Source of the DNA: Blasia pusilla
Taxonomy: Eukaryota
Direction of reading: 5' to 3'
NCBI GenBank assembly: GCA_050084515.1
Contig: CM114271.1
Span: forward strand, 46,376,001 to 46,440,000
Length of the DNA stretch: 64,000 nucleotides
The notes under the pieces were generated by a model that made no database searches, was not told the origin of the DNA, and saw nothing but the letters and a program-made list of their open reading frames with translations. Below, piece after piece: positions 28,241-40,900 of the stretch (position 1 is the first letter of the stretch; every line of letters starts with the position of its first letter). Position numbers and translations under genes: made by a program.

Positions 28241-29999
28241 AATTTTTTATCCTTCCTTCATGGGGAATCTCATCCTCGATTCTTTCTTCCTCTATGCAAT
28301 CATCTAATCCTTCTATGTCTCCATCCACTATAGTAGGAATATTCACAATGGTAATTTCTTCAAATCTCCCAAGAGATATCCCTAAATGTCAACTTGCTTT
28401 ACCATAGCCCTCTCCTCCTCGGTTGTTGTTGGCCCTAAATGCCCTTTCCTCCCTCCAATCGAAATTCAAACCTATTCCCGTATGTTACCAACTTGATTAA
28501 ACAAAGGACAACATCATTCATAATTTTCTCAGTCGCTGCTCACCCTGTCCATATAAATCTTTCATTGAGTTTTTTGGATAAGCTTTTCTCTCTTCACCTT
28601 CACCCAATGCCTCCCTATGCCTTGGTTTCTAATCAAAGCCAACTTCTTTCATGCACGCTTCACTATGTCCTCATGATTTTTTACTCCATTGCTTGAACTA
28701 ACTCCTCTATTGTTGTTCATCCTATCAGTGATTGATGATCTTGTGTACTGGAGGAATTTCTCCCGCACACTTCACCTAGTCGACCTGGTTTTGTGGAAGA
28801 GTTTTGTGACTCTCTTCACCCTATATGTGATTGTTTTAGTCATTTGCTGGATGGGCTTCTTGTTCTTGCCCATCTTATTCTCATGTGAATTTGACATGTC
28901 GTTCCTTATGCTAGCGTCTCTGTTGATGTTGATTATGCATGATTTGTGATCTTTTTTCTTGGATAATCTTATGTCTCTTACGTTTTCAGCAAGAGAGAGA
29001 AGCTCTTCCCCTTGTGATGTCTGATCTCATTGGTTGGAGGGAGGGAGGGAGTTTAGTGCATTAGTGTGGGATTTGATTTACATCTCAGATCCATCATTCG
29101 TAGGTGATTGGGGGAGTAGTGAAGGTGTACAATCCAACTGGTGGCAACATCCGTCCTCTAAGTTCAGCCACTTATCTTTAAAAGAGATCTCTTGCTGGTT
29201 AACTGAGTTGTCCCTTCTCCTAGTTATGCTCAATTTGTCCAAATGTCTAGTGAATTGCTTCATTTCTTGTTTACTATCACTAGTACTTGCACAAGACTCT
29301 GACTATAGCAATATATATGCGTATTGCTGTAGTTTTCCTATAACTCGGCTGAGCTAATACCTTTGGTAGGCCTGTGCTTACACTTGCAACCTTCGTATTA
29401 GACATATATTCTCCTATATTCCTTTATCACAACTTAGTCAACTACGAAGGCCCCGGACACTCTAAGTAAGTAATCAACAACCATTCCATTTCACTTCTCT
29501 AGGTTCTCCAAATAGGCCAGAATGAAGGGTTCATTAATTGTGGCTATGACATACTCTTAGCCACTCATGGGAATCAATCTAGTAGTCATTTCCACTAATA
29601 AGGCAAGACGAACCATAAGAACAAGGTCACCAGCCTTTAGGAAATCTAGATTAGCTCGACTTGGTATTAAAGTTTGGTTCAGAGTTGATTTTTTAAGAAA
29701 TTTAAGTTGTCGACCACAATGCAAGGACTGGTCATTTTTTGACGTACATCTGGATCAATCGCAGACCATATGCACACCTTCAATTAAAAAGATGCAATGT
29801 TGTGTTTATTGCAGATATATCTTATATTATAGCTCACGCACCACCTTGAGTGTACTTGAGAGTGGCATGGGTATTGGTGTGCTAGATAAGTCATGTATTC
29901 CACATTGAATTACCAAGCCCATTCACAGGAATAGTCTTACTTCCCGCCTCGTCCATTCAAAGTTTACTCAAATCCTCTCACGATAATGGCGAAACTACC

Positions 30000-32900
30000 C
30001 ATACCATGAATCATGATCCCTACCATCATGATTTAAACATTCCACATGATGTTGCCTACTCTCTACATGTTTGCAGAAGCACTTCCATTGATATATTCGA
30101 CAATGGGAGCATTACGATGTGTGCAAATGCCTCTTCGCAAGAGGACCTCGTAATAGATGTATATGGCCCCTCTCTTGATCCCAACCTAACTATAGAAATT
30201 GCTTCCTTTCCTTTTTTGATTCCCTTTCATCGTGGATACTTTGTTGGGAAGTCTACTTTTTCAAATTACATGAAGGTAAGATCACGCCAAATGTTTAGTG
30301 CTTTTCTTTGTATAAGCCATATTCCCTACTCATGTATAAGGTCCACCAAGCTATAGTTTTGTGCTCTGTGTCGAGAACTTTTGTCCTCAATATAGAACTA
30401 GATTGCCTCCAAAAGCTTAAGCCATACCTTAGTGACAAATCTCTCTATCATTACATGTCCAAATATTTAATAAGTCCTCAAATTCTTGGTAGCCAGACTT
30501 GACATATCTGCCGCCTGAAAGATCTCAAAGCTATGGTACACAAATGGGGCATGGTCCATTCATTTCTTATCTTAACTTTCGATGAAGTATCTGCGACAAG
30601 ATGGGTTGAGTTTGATCATATTGAGTCCATACTCAGTAGTTTCAACCCTAACTTTACATGGTGTGATGCTCCAGTTGAATGCCCACAACGTTTCCACACC
30701 AAGTTGCACTCCTTCCTCTTCTTATTCATCTTCTCAGACCCACGCATCCTAGGAACTATTTGTGACTATTTGATCTGTTATGAATTACAAGGTAAAGGAA
30801 GTGTGCCTTGTCATATGATTTTATGGATTGATCACCTCGACTTAGATCGCATCGCATTTGAGATATATGCGTACATACCATGCAGCCATAGTGGATCATC
30901 AATCTCACTATCTTACGAAAATCAACAAGCACCATCACAAAGGTTGTTAGATTTGGTCTTGCAAAAATCGCCCCATAAGTGCGAGAAGGCATTTGCATAG
31001 TTAGGAAGAGGAATCAAAGACCATAGTGTCACCTTAGATTCCATGTAGATGTCAATGCTAATTCTTAGCCATTCATTGATCCAATCACAATGAAATGGTC
31101 CTATTCTAGGACTTCCTCCAAACATTGCAATGTAACCTCCTACCACCCTCTTCTATTGCTTTTGTGGGGAGCCCATATGAATTTTTAAAGGGTTACTAAT
31201 GTTGATTGGTCCTTTTAATTGTTGAAGTATGCCTTGAAATCTGAGCCTACATGCTCTATAGACATTGATAAAAAATCAACCAGATGCCTCGGCTTGATGG
31301 AATAGATGACATGAAATTGCGCGTCGTGTTGTACTCAATAGATTCATATCCTCTACAAAAGCTTCTCTCACGTCTATGCAGATTTCCATGATTTATATGC
31401 CTTAGGTTGTCCATTACATTGATTTCAATCCATCTAGCCGTAGAACTCATCTCTACAAAAATGCATCCATATCCTGTATACATCCTATTGTCTTGTATTC
31501 CGATACCATCTATTCTTGAGAGTTCAACATTTTTCTCCTATTGGTCTACACATGAGTTACTCAAGTCTTACCCGATGAGACTTGGGGGTGTCATGGGCAT
31601 ACACATCGCTACACAACATACATCGTTGTCACCGAACACACACACAAACACGCACGATCCCATGCTAACTCATGGCATCCAAACACAGAGGCGAGAAGTA
31701 CCAAAATATCTCCAATAAAGTAAGATCCAATCGCTCTCTATACCATCTCACAACATAGCTCTCAAAGGTGTGCACTCTCTCTCATGTCAAACCAAACCCA
31801 CTCTCCTAATGAGAGGCTTGGGTTACACTCACAAGGCAAGGACCATAGCTCCGCCTCCTCATGCCAAGAGGTTCAACAAAAAGAGAATGAGCTCTCAAGC
31901 TCTCCCTCCTTGAGGTATACCGCTCCCTTCTCCCAAGCTCTCTCCATGGTAACCTATTATCCCAAGTCAACCCCTTGGATCTTGACGTTTAGCAGGAGGT
32001 CAAGGGCCATTTACCAAAAATAGAAAGTCGATCATATACTCAAAATGGTACTTACCTAAAATAGTAAGTTCCTAAATATGGCTCCAAATGAGCCGAAACG
32101 AAGAGGAAACCTGCTCTCTCAGGTTTCTCCGGGCCTCAGCAGGTTATCTTCAACCTACTGAGTGTGTCCTCCACTACTCACAAAGGCGCTCTACTAGATC
32201 TCACCGATCTATCCTAAAAGACGTGACGGGGGAAAGATCATTGGTTTAGACAACTTGGGTAACATTGTTTCCAAAACCAATCGCATTGTTAGATTTGCAG
32301 ACTTTCATCCCCTCCATCATTGGAATGATTTTTTTTACCTTGTTCTTCTCTCAAAGATTAATTTTCGTTACAAAGAAAGCATCCTATCATCTTAAGTACC
32401 ACGTTGGACTTATGTCCATGAGTGTGTTCATCGAGGTGTTGTACAGAGCATGGATGATATCCATATTTTGATCGAAGCTCATTTTCTACACAACCTCTGA
32501 AGCCAAGTCCATGAAGCTGAAATTATAACAAAAGTTAGTAATATACTAATGCCTGAACTAGAGTTGGATATCAACTCAATGCTTCTAAGAGATAATGTTT
32601 CCTCTCCTTTGATTTCCGAACTGAAGCAAACATCTCACTATATGCTTGACATTTGCAAATAAATGAAGAGCAAGCCTCACCCTTCCTCGTATTAGGTAAC
32701 CAGAAATTTGGTCTTGTGAAAGGTGCTCCTAGTTGCGAAAAATCTTGTTCCATATCATTTGTGTACGACTACTGGAAATCCAACATGCTAGCTCCTCTCC
32801 TTACAAATACTATAGGAATGAGAGTTTTCCATTTGCACCCTGATGTAGTAACCGTTCATTTTGCATTTTTAATTCCTATAGGTGGTGATCTTCCTTCCAT

Positions 32901-33890
32901 CCATGCCTCCTTTAATTCATGGATTAGGCTTAAATATGTGAAAGTTAGTATGATTGACGAGTGTTTAATATTGACTACAAAACTACTTCTCATTATAGCA
33001 ATGCAAATAAATGAAGTTTCACCTTTAGGCCATGGCAATTTTTTTCATAGCAAATTAGTTATTTTAGTAGGATATCTCTATCAACTACAATCCATTTGCG
33101 CCTATTGAACTTCAGATTTTTGTCGGGCATGCCATATTAGTTCATCCCCATTCGTAGAGAATGCAAATTCTTTTGAATTATTTACACAGTGTGTCATTTA
33201 GACTATCTAGATTATCATCAATTCCTCTCTTCAATGAGGACTACACTATCTACTCAAGCATGCCTAGATAAACACTTAGGTAATTGTTTCATTCAGAGGA
33301 TCAGGTTTTGGCCTTTATAAACTCAGACTCTGTTGTTATTTGCACTAATTGCAAAGATGTGGCATTGCTCAATCTTCTGGTCTACATAAGACTATTTGGG
33401 GACGTATTTATAATTGAAGTGGAAGTCCTTACTGATGCACTTGCACTTCTTGAGTTCAATGAATATATAAATGAAAATTCTTTCCATCAAATCCCCTTTG
33501 TTGTAATCTATTCCAAAGTTATGATTACTGCAAATATCAGTATGAAAGTTGTGGCAACGAATGGATCACTCGATGTTGTTGTTGATCTTATTTATGAAGA
33601 CAATCATTTGTTGGTCATTATTGTTAAACTAGATTCTAATGGCGTATATGTCAGAATAAGTAGATCAAACTTCTCTACTCTAAGGTATGGACCCAACCAA
33701 AAGTACATAAAGAGGTCTTTCCCCCTTGTTCTAGGTTACGCCATGAAAACTCATAACAGCTAAGGCTACATAGTTACTAGTCCCTGCCTTTTAGTGATAA
33801 GATATGACTGTTGTCATGGGGCTAGCATATGTCATTTTATCCAGAGTTAGAAGAAGAACTCAACTGAAGATTTTTGGAACATTCTTGCCA
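30000..33890 (+). mobile_element. Divergent Helitron-like Rep + Pif1-family helicase relic, split by a solo LTR
   Basis: Rep motif I SFLILTFDE..W.E, motif II YELQGKGSVPCHMILW, motif III LLKYALKSEP (~31220). Helicase Walker A-like GAPSCEKS, MIDEC, VILVGYLYQL, VMITANI..NGS, FPLVLGYAMKTHNS*G and GLAYVILSRVR. Confidence 0.85.
31589..32227. mobile_element. Solo LTR (~640 bp)
   Basis: Begins TGTCATG and ends CGTGAC (terminal A lost or changed); flanked by GGGGG on both sides (31584-31588, 32228-32232); homologous to 1146-1623. Confidence 0.85.
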
Positions 33891-36800
33891 TCAGATTGCT
33901 ATGTTTATGGCATATTGTCGTCTTAAATTCATCTCAAGAATTTCTTCTCTCAAACTACTTTCTACATATGGCATGTAAGAACAACTCAACTAGAGAGCAT
34001 GCAACACGTTAAAGAAGTTAGGCATCGCATTCTGTCCAAGTTCCACTACCACAACATGATGCTAACACTGCTCACATCCCAAATGCTCAATCCATTAGGC
34101 CGCATCATCGCCAAAATGACAAAGTAACTGAAGTTGTTATCTTAACTATTGAGATTCATTCCATACTCATGCTTTTTTTCATTTAGCTAACATTTCTTCA
34201 ACAAGTTTCTAACAACTATTTGGACTTCGCAAGCATGATATTAAGTGACATACAGGCTCAACTAGAAGAGTTCAGACCATATTTCATTTTTCCCAATGAG
34301 AACTAGATTAGGTATATGCATAACCTAAGCATGGTCCTTGCCTTTTGGAAACATGGTGTCACAAAGAGATAGATCCAAAGCCTAATTAGCCAAGGTCATC
34401 TCTGGGATGCTAAATTCGGAAGAATGAACAAGGATGTGCTAGGATCAGGTGCATTATCAATGACTTCCATGTGAATTAGTTTTTCTAACTTTGTAATCGC
34501 TCTACTCTTATACTATTATAGGTCTAATATTTTTGATAGAACCTAAGATTTCTTGCCCTAATTTTTAGGTATACTAAAATATTTCTTGTGATTCAAAATG
34601 TCGACTTGTAAGAGACGTCTTTGACCAAAAAATTAACATGCATTGAGATTGTTCAATCTTCTCTTTGGCACAGTCAGGTTTGTCCAACTCTGAGTCTTGT
34701 GCCATTAGATGCATCTGCCTTTATCCATATTGCTAGACCTCTTTGTAGCTAAATCCACACACCTGAATGACCATATGAAAACTACTCAAGAGATTGGTCA
34801 GGTACCCATCTTTGAGCCTATCCCTCTTGACATGGATAACCCCAACCATTTTCTCTCTCTACCAGATTTTGATGAAATCATTGTTCTCTCTTCAGATCCT
34901 TCAGATGTACCCACTTTTGCTCAACCTAGGCATGGGCAGCAAGCATCCATCCCATTTCAATCTTTAGCCACTTCCTCTCATACTGATGATTTCAGCGCTC
35001 TAGTATCCAATCTCCCAACAAGCGCAAGTGCACTTGATCCAATTGAGTCTCTAGATCTTCTATGTAATTCTATCAACTCTCGTCAATTTTGGTTTGGTTT
35101 ATTCAACTTTTCCTTCTAGCATTCCTTGCTAAGTCTACACTAAGTTCACCCATGTTCATGGATGTAGGTTCCACTTACTCCAAAGGGCTGTGTTACAAGG
35201 ATTATATTTTTCTAGCTTGTTTGAGCATTTTGTGAAAATTTTCAATGATGTCTTCCATACTTTTCTTGTATTTTGCATGTGTTCTCTATTTCTCTTTTAC
35301 AAGGACACATACATCATAAAAATGGTTGTTGTTAAATATTAGGCTATTAAAAATTTCTACGTTATTTGCAAAGGAAACTTCTCCATTGAAGGATTACCAA
35401 CTTTTATAAAGTTCACATTTGGAGAAGTTGAGATTTTTTCTACATGCCGTCCATTTCTAAAAAAAATTTTCTTCTCAAATTTTCTCTATTACTAATCTTA
35501 TGTACATCTTTTGCAATTTTCAAATTATTTTGATTATGTTGTACTAGTTTTTGATTGTCACTCTAGTCCTTTTGCTTTCTGCTACTTCCTCTCCACTCGT
35601 TGCTCTAATGTAGTATTGCTAACCTCCTTGCTGTTATCTATGCAATGTTGGAGGTCTGTCTTCATGCATCCTCGCATACTAGTAGATATGATAGACACTA
35701 GAGTTCATCATCCCATCAAATTTCTTCTTATATCTCTGGTGACCATGGTGCCAACAACACCACTATGCACTGGCAACAACAGGCGCCAGATGTCTCCTCT
35801 AGACTCTACGATTGTGTGTGTTCAACTTTAGATGATGTAGAAGAATGTACCACTCACCTTTCAACTGAAGTTGTAGTTCTCACAAGTCTCCTTACAACTA
35901 CTCAGGATGATGCTCATTGTGCTCAATAAAATCTAGCTGAGGCTAGGAAGAATCTACTTGATGCTAAAGAACATTGTTAGACTTTCTCTAAGGACATGCA
36001 AGTCTTCATAGACCATGATCCTAGGCTCTCTATGCAAGTTTGTATCATCGCAAGCCTTCTCCGACCTTGATTTCCTACTTGTTTTACTTCCTAGGCTCTC
36101 CACAACTTGCCAATCATCCTATTTGCGCTCAGGCTTTAGTATCTAACACGCATATCAAGCCACGATGCAATACTATGATTATGATCTCGCATGGAGGTCT
36201 TGCTTTGTGGTTGACTTAAATGGATTTTGCTGTTTGCACCTACTTCCAACATTGTGACTCTATTATAATACATGTCCACTTTTTTACCTTCATTTTACTC
36301 TATCTCCCTCATTTCTCTCACATGAGCTGCCTCATGGTCTGCCATTTCCATCCATATTCTAATATGCGTTCCATTTAGATTGGACGTTTAGCATTCAGGT
36401 CTCACACTATATGTCATACATTCCACCAACATGCCACATTGTCATTTTGATCTCCCATAGAGATGTTGCAGTAAGATTCCTTCACCACCTGTTTACTCTC
36501 TTCACGTGATTGGATGAGTGCTCTTGGTTCAATGCATCATGTGCATTTTTTTCTATCTCATTTGTGAATCTTTTTAAATCAGTCGAATCGGGTACTTCAT
36601 TCCTTCCATCTGAATTCATAATTTGACTTACCTTCGGTGCATGATGTGCAACTTCACACTTCCAAGTCAATATTACTCATATTTGAGTTTCAAGATAATA
36701 TGAGATCATATCACTTCCTCCATCATCCCAAGCACAAGCATTCACTATGCCCACCTCATGAAACTATGCTAATAATTCTGTCTATCTATTATTCCAAACT

Positions 36801-36999
36801 TTATTAAGTAACTTCTATCTTTGCGTAAGCATGCTCTCCTCATGCTAAAAACTTTCAATAATTCTCCATAAGAGTAAGTATCTTCAACTCCAACCTACCA
36901 ACCCATGCAGATTGAACCGTATTGCATAGCCCCATATCATCAATCCCCATCTCAGCTGGTCTCCTTCGTCACTTTTTGCACTCTAGTCCACCCGAACAT

Positions 37000-37613
37000 G
37001 AAGTAGTATGGAGGAGATAGATCGTGTTATGGATGGAACAGATAAGAATCGGCATGACGTTTAGCATTTCTTCACGTTCTTCTTTTCACGTTTTTCTTCT
37101 CATAAAGTGCATTTTGAGAAATATTTGGTCTTACTTTCTATCAAATGTTTTTTCCAGTGAAAAAACATTTGATAGAAATATGAAAACCAGTGTGTGGCCT
37201 AGAAATAGATCAAGCATGACGATGAGGAAGTTGTACTGTAAAGTTACGTCATGCTGTAAAGTTACTGTAAAACACGTCATGCCGATTCTTATCTATTCCA
37301 TCCATAACACAATCGATCTCCTCCATACTACTTCTCCTCCATATTAGCTCAAGTAGCCCACCATATGCTCTTCAACTATCACACCATACCTACGACCTTG
37401 CTGAACGTAACTTTACAATACAACTTCCTCATCGTCATGCTTGATCTATTTCTAGGCCGCACACTGGTTTTCATATCGCACTTCCATGGAAAAAACATTT
37501 GATAGAATGTAAGACCAAATATTTCTCAAAATGCACTTTATGAGAAGAAAAACGTGAAAAGAAGAACGTGAAGAAATGCTAAACGTCATGCCGATTCTTA
37601 TCTGTTCCATCCA
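37000..37613. repeat. Long nested inverted repeat (foldback)
   Basis: 37030-37250 is a near-perfect reverse complement of 37405-37613, apart from one divergent patch. In addition, 37000-37060 pairs with 37274-37334. Confidence 0.93.
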
Positions 37614-37664
37614 CATTACCGAATCAAGAGGTGGCGACGCTCTTAGGGCAGTTATTGAGGGCTA

Positions 37665-37672
37665 AAACCCTA
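37665..37672 (+). promoter_or_regulatory. Telo-box
   Basis: AAACCCTA upstream of ThrRS. This motif is known from plant translation-machinery genes; a single short match. Confidence 0.5.
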
Positions 37673-37949
37673 GTGAGTGTGAAAGGCAGTTGGGTTTCGT
37701 CGAGTCCCGGGACCTGTAGCGGAGGCCGGTGCTCCGCTCTTACGCTCTGTTCGTGCTTCGTTATTACACGCAGTCCAGGACTGCGAATTGTCGCCGGGCG
37801 TGAGCGTCCGTGCTACCCTAGTGATCAATCAGAGCACACCGGTGGATCGATCGATCGATCGACCTGTCGGCGAATGTGCGTGGGCCGGTGGAGGCTGAGT
37901 GTGCTTGTCGCGTTGATAGTGGCCGGCTGAATTCAAAACGTGGAGGAGA

Positions 37950-40900
37950 ATGAGTGAGAAAGACGGGGAAATGGCGGAGGTGGGAGTGGCAGAAGTGCAG
38001 GATTTGGTGCCGGGGACAGAAGCGGTGGACACTGTGGTGGCAGTCGTGAATGGCAAGTCCAATGAGAAGCAGGAGAAGACGAAGGCGAAAGGGAAGCCGA
38101 AACCTCAGGCGAATGCGTTGGCAGCCGGGGAGGATGCAGAGCTGAAGCGGATCTTGGAGAAGCGAATTCGAATGTTTGAGGAGATTCAACTTCAGCAGAA
38201 AATGCGTCTGATGGAAATTGGAGGAGAGGGAATACGGTATGCGTGTTATGTCTTTTGCAGAGTTCTAGTCCACTGCAATTCTGTGTCGGAGCTTGCTCCA
38301 AGTGAAGTGCTGCAGTGCTATTTACGTCTCAATTGACCTTGGGAGGATGTGGCATGTGCACGGTCCAGCATTTATATGACATACAAACGTGAAATTTTCC
38401 GATCCCGCTGTATCCGCTCACCATTTCCCCTTGGCTCTGACATGGAATAGTGTAGAAGAATTGAGTTTGATTTAGGTTGATTGGATGTCTGGATCAGTAT
38501 CACATTACCTGATGGGACGGTGAAAGAGGGAAAGAAATGGATAACATCACCCATGGATATTGCTAAGGAGATTTCGAAAGGGTTGGCTGAGAATGCCCTC
38601 ATATCTGAGGTAAATCAAACGATGATAAGAGTCTTCGCACACAATTTGTGATATGATTGTCAGTGGCCGTGTTTGAGGAGTCCTTTGCAGCTGTATAACT
38701 ATATTCCCCCCTATGCCATGGGCTACAAGAATTTAAAACAAAAATATCGTTGTAGGCACTGAAGAGTTTGTTACAAATCCCATATTGTGCTTGCCTGCAT
38801 CGAGGTATGGGATATGTATGTTGTTGGATTTAAAGTGTCATGTCCGCAGGTGAACGGGGTGCTGTGGGACATGACGAGACCTCTGGAGAACGATTGTACG
38901 CTTAAACTTTTCACTTTTGATACGAATGAAGGCCGTGATACGTTTTGGCATTCGAGTGCGCATATACTTGGCCAGGTTCAGTCATCCTGCTCTGCTGGGT
39001 GTACAATGTACATTTTTGAGGATATCTTGTAGCTCTCTCTTGTGTTGTAGGAAGTTTTCCTTTGCTGAACAAGCAAGGTAGACTTTTGTGATGAAATTCG
39101 CTATTGAGGTGATGATGGAAACTATCAGACATGTTAATAAGAGCATACGTGGAACTTGGTGTGTTATGAGGTGAGCTTTGTCACTTTTTATTTAGGCTTC
39201 CATTGTTGCAGGAAAGGACGGCACATAGCAGAAACTTCCAGATGTCAGTGATGTTGATCGCTGCAGGTATGATCAGAGTAAGATATGGGTGAGATGATTC
39301 TACAGGGACATAGGTGAACGCTTTAGAGCTCCTGCTTGCCCTTTATGTCCGAGACCTGGAATTATCCCCACTGTTTGGAATCACAGATTTGGTCTAATTT
39401 GTACACACTCTGGCTTATCAGGCTTGTGAAATGGAGTACGGCTGCAAACTATGTATTGGACCCTGCACTACAAGGGGAGAGGTTGGTCCTTAAAATGAGA
39501 TGTGAAGTTACCTTGCTAGATCTGAGAATTCAAATCGATTTATTTTTTATTTACCAAATGATGTTCTTAACTGGTCCTCTTTGCCATATCAACACTATTA
39601 AAGCCTCCTTTACTTTTTCAGATACATGCTTGGCAGAGTCAAAACTGGAGATCAGCATCCACTAAAAACGGGCTTGCACTTGTAATTTGTAATAGTTGTG
39701 TGGTTTGTTGTAGTATTAGGTCCTATTTGGGAAAATGCCACATTGGTAATCATTAGTCTGTTGTTTCCACTTTTTTACCAGGGATTTTACTATGACGCTT
39801 TCTATGGAGATGTCACCTTGAATGAGGACCATTTTGACAGAATTGGGAAGCAAGCTGAGAAAGCTGTTAAGGTATGGATTCTAAAGCCCAGAAAGTATGA
39901 CTTTTATATAAACTCATCTTTTCTGTTGGGTGGTGTGATTGAAGAGGTTTAAAAAATGTTTCTTTCTTGGAAAGTCTCTTGGGTGAATGTTCTCCTTGAA
40001 GAGGAGGCAATCACACTTTTCAGTTCAGTACACATTTATTCTCACAGTGAAAGTCCATGACGAGAAGCGTGGTTTGAGCCATGTTTCCTACACAGGAGAA
40101 ACAACCATTTGAACGGATTGAGGTGACAAGAGACCAAGCGCTTGAGATTTTTTCAGAGAACAAGTTCAAGGTACAGCTGCTGGTGTACATTCTTCTGAAG
40201 TACCATATCAGGACTTGAAGCACTCAGTAATGATTTTCTTTGATTGAGTTCATGTTGTCTGGATACCATACTTGCCCTGACACATCTTTACCCAGCATAG
40301 TCCATGCCCTTACTTTAAACCGCGTTATGATCTTAATGCTTGTGCACAGGTTGAAATTATTCAAGATCTTCCAGAGGACAAGACGATCACAGTTTATAGG
40401 TGTGGACCCCTAGTTGATCTCTGTCGTGGACCACATGTGCCAAATACCTCTCACGTGAAGGCTTTCACCTGTAGTAAGGTAAGATTGGTACCCTCGTGGG
40501 AGTCAATGAGTGGAATCTTCAATGGTGTTCTGGTATATACCAGGGATATATATATATATATTGATATCGTTTTGATTCTTAGTGCATGATGAGTAGGATC
40601 AACTATGTTTAGTTCTCCTAGTTATCTTTTATGTTTTATCAAATGTAGAGTGTAATTAATTTCCAGGTGATTATTCGTCATAACTCCTCAGGGCACATCA
40701 ACGTATTTGATTAAAGGTTTGTTCTTTCTTTTCAACAATACCTTGCCACTTATATATCTGTGTATTCCAATTTGCAGGCGTCAGCATCTTATTGGCGTGG
40801 TCAAGCAGATCGTGAAAACTTACAGCGAGTGTATGGAATTTCATTTCCAGATAAGAAGAGACTGAAAGTAAGCATAATCTTAATTGTACCCGTATAGGCG

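Noticed and set aside
15202-28700. MED8 as cargo inside one large minus-strand Helitron (Rep at 27-28 kb, 3' ends at 15-16 kb)
   Set aside because: MED8 is intact with all splice sites while the Rep is heavily decayed and lacks its helicase. Independent insertions are simpler; synteny would settle it.
37631-37930. 99-aa unspliced ORF upstream of ThrRS as a separate gene
   Set aside because: GTG start, no recognisable domain, and most of it lies in a probable leader intron; only the first 14 codons are of interest.
37818-38301. Antisense ORFs over ThrRS exon 1 (and similar ones over MED8 and copia)
   Set aside because: Shadow frames of real coding sequence.
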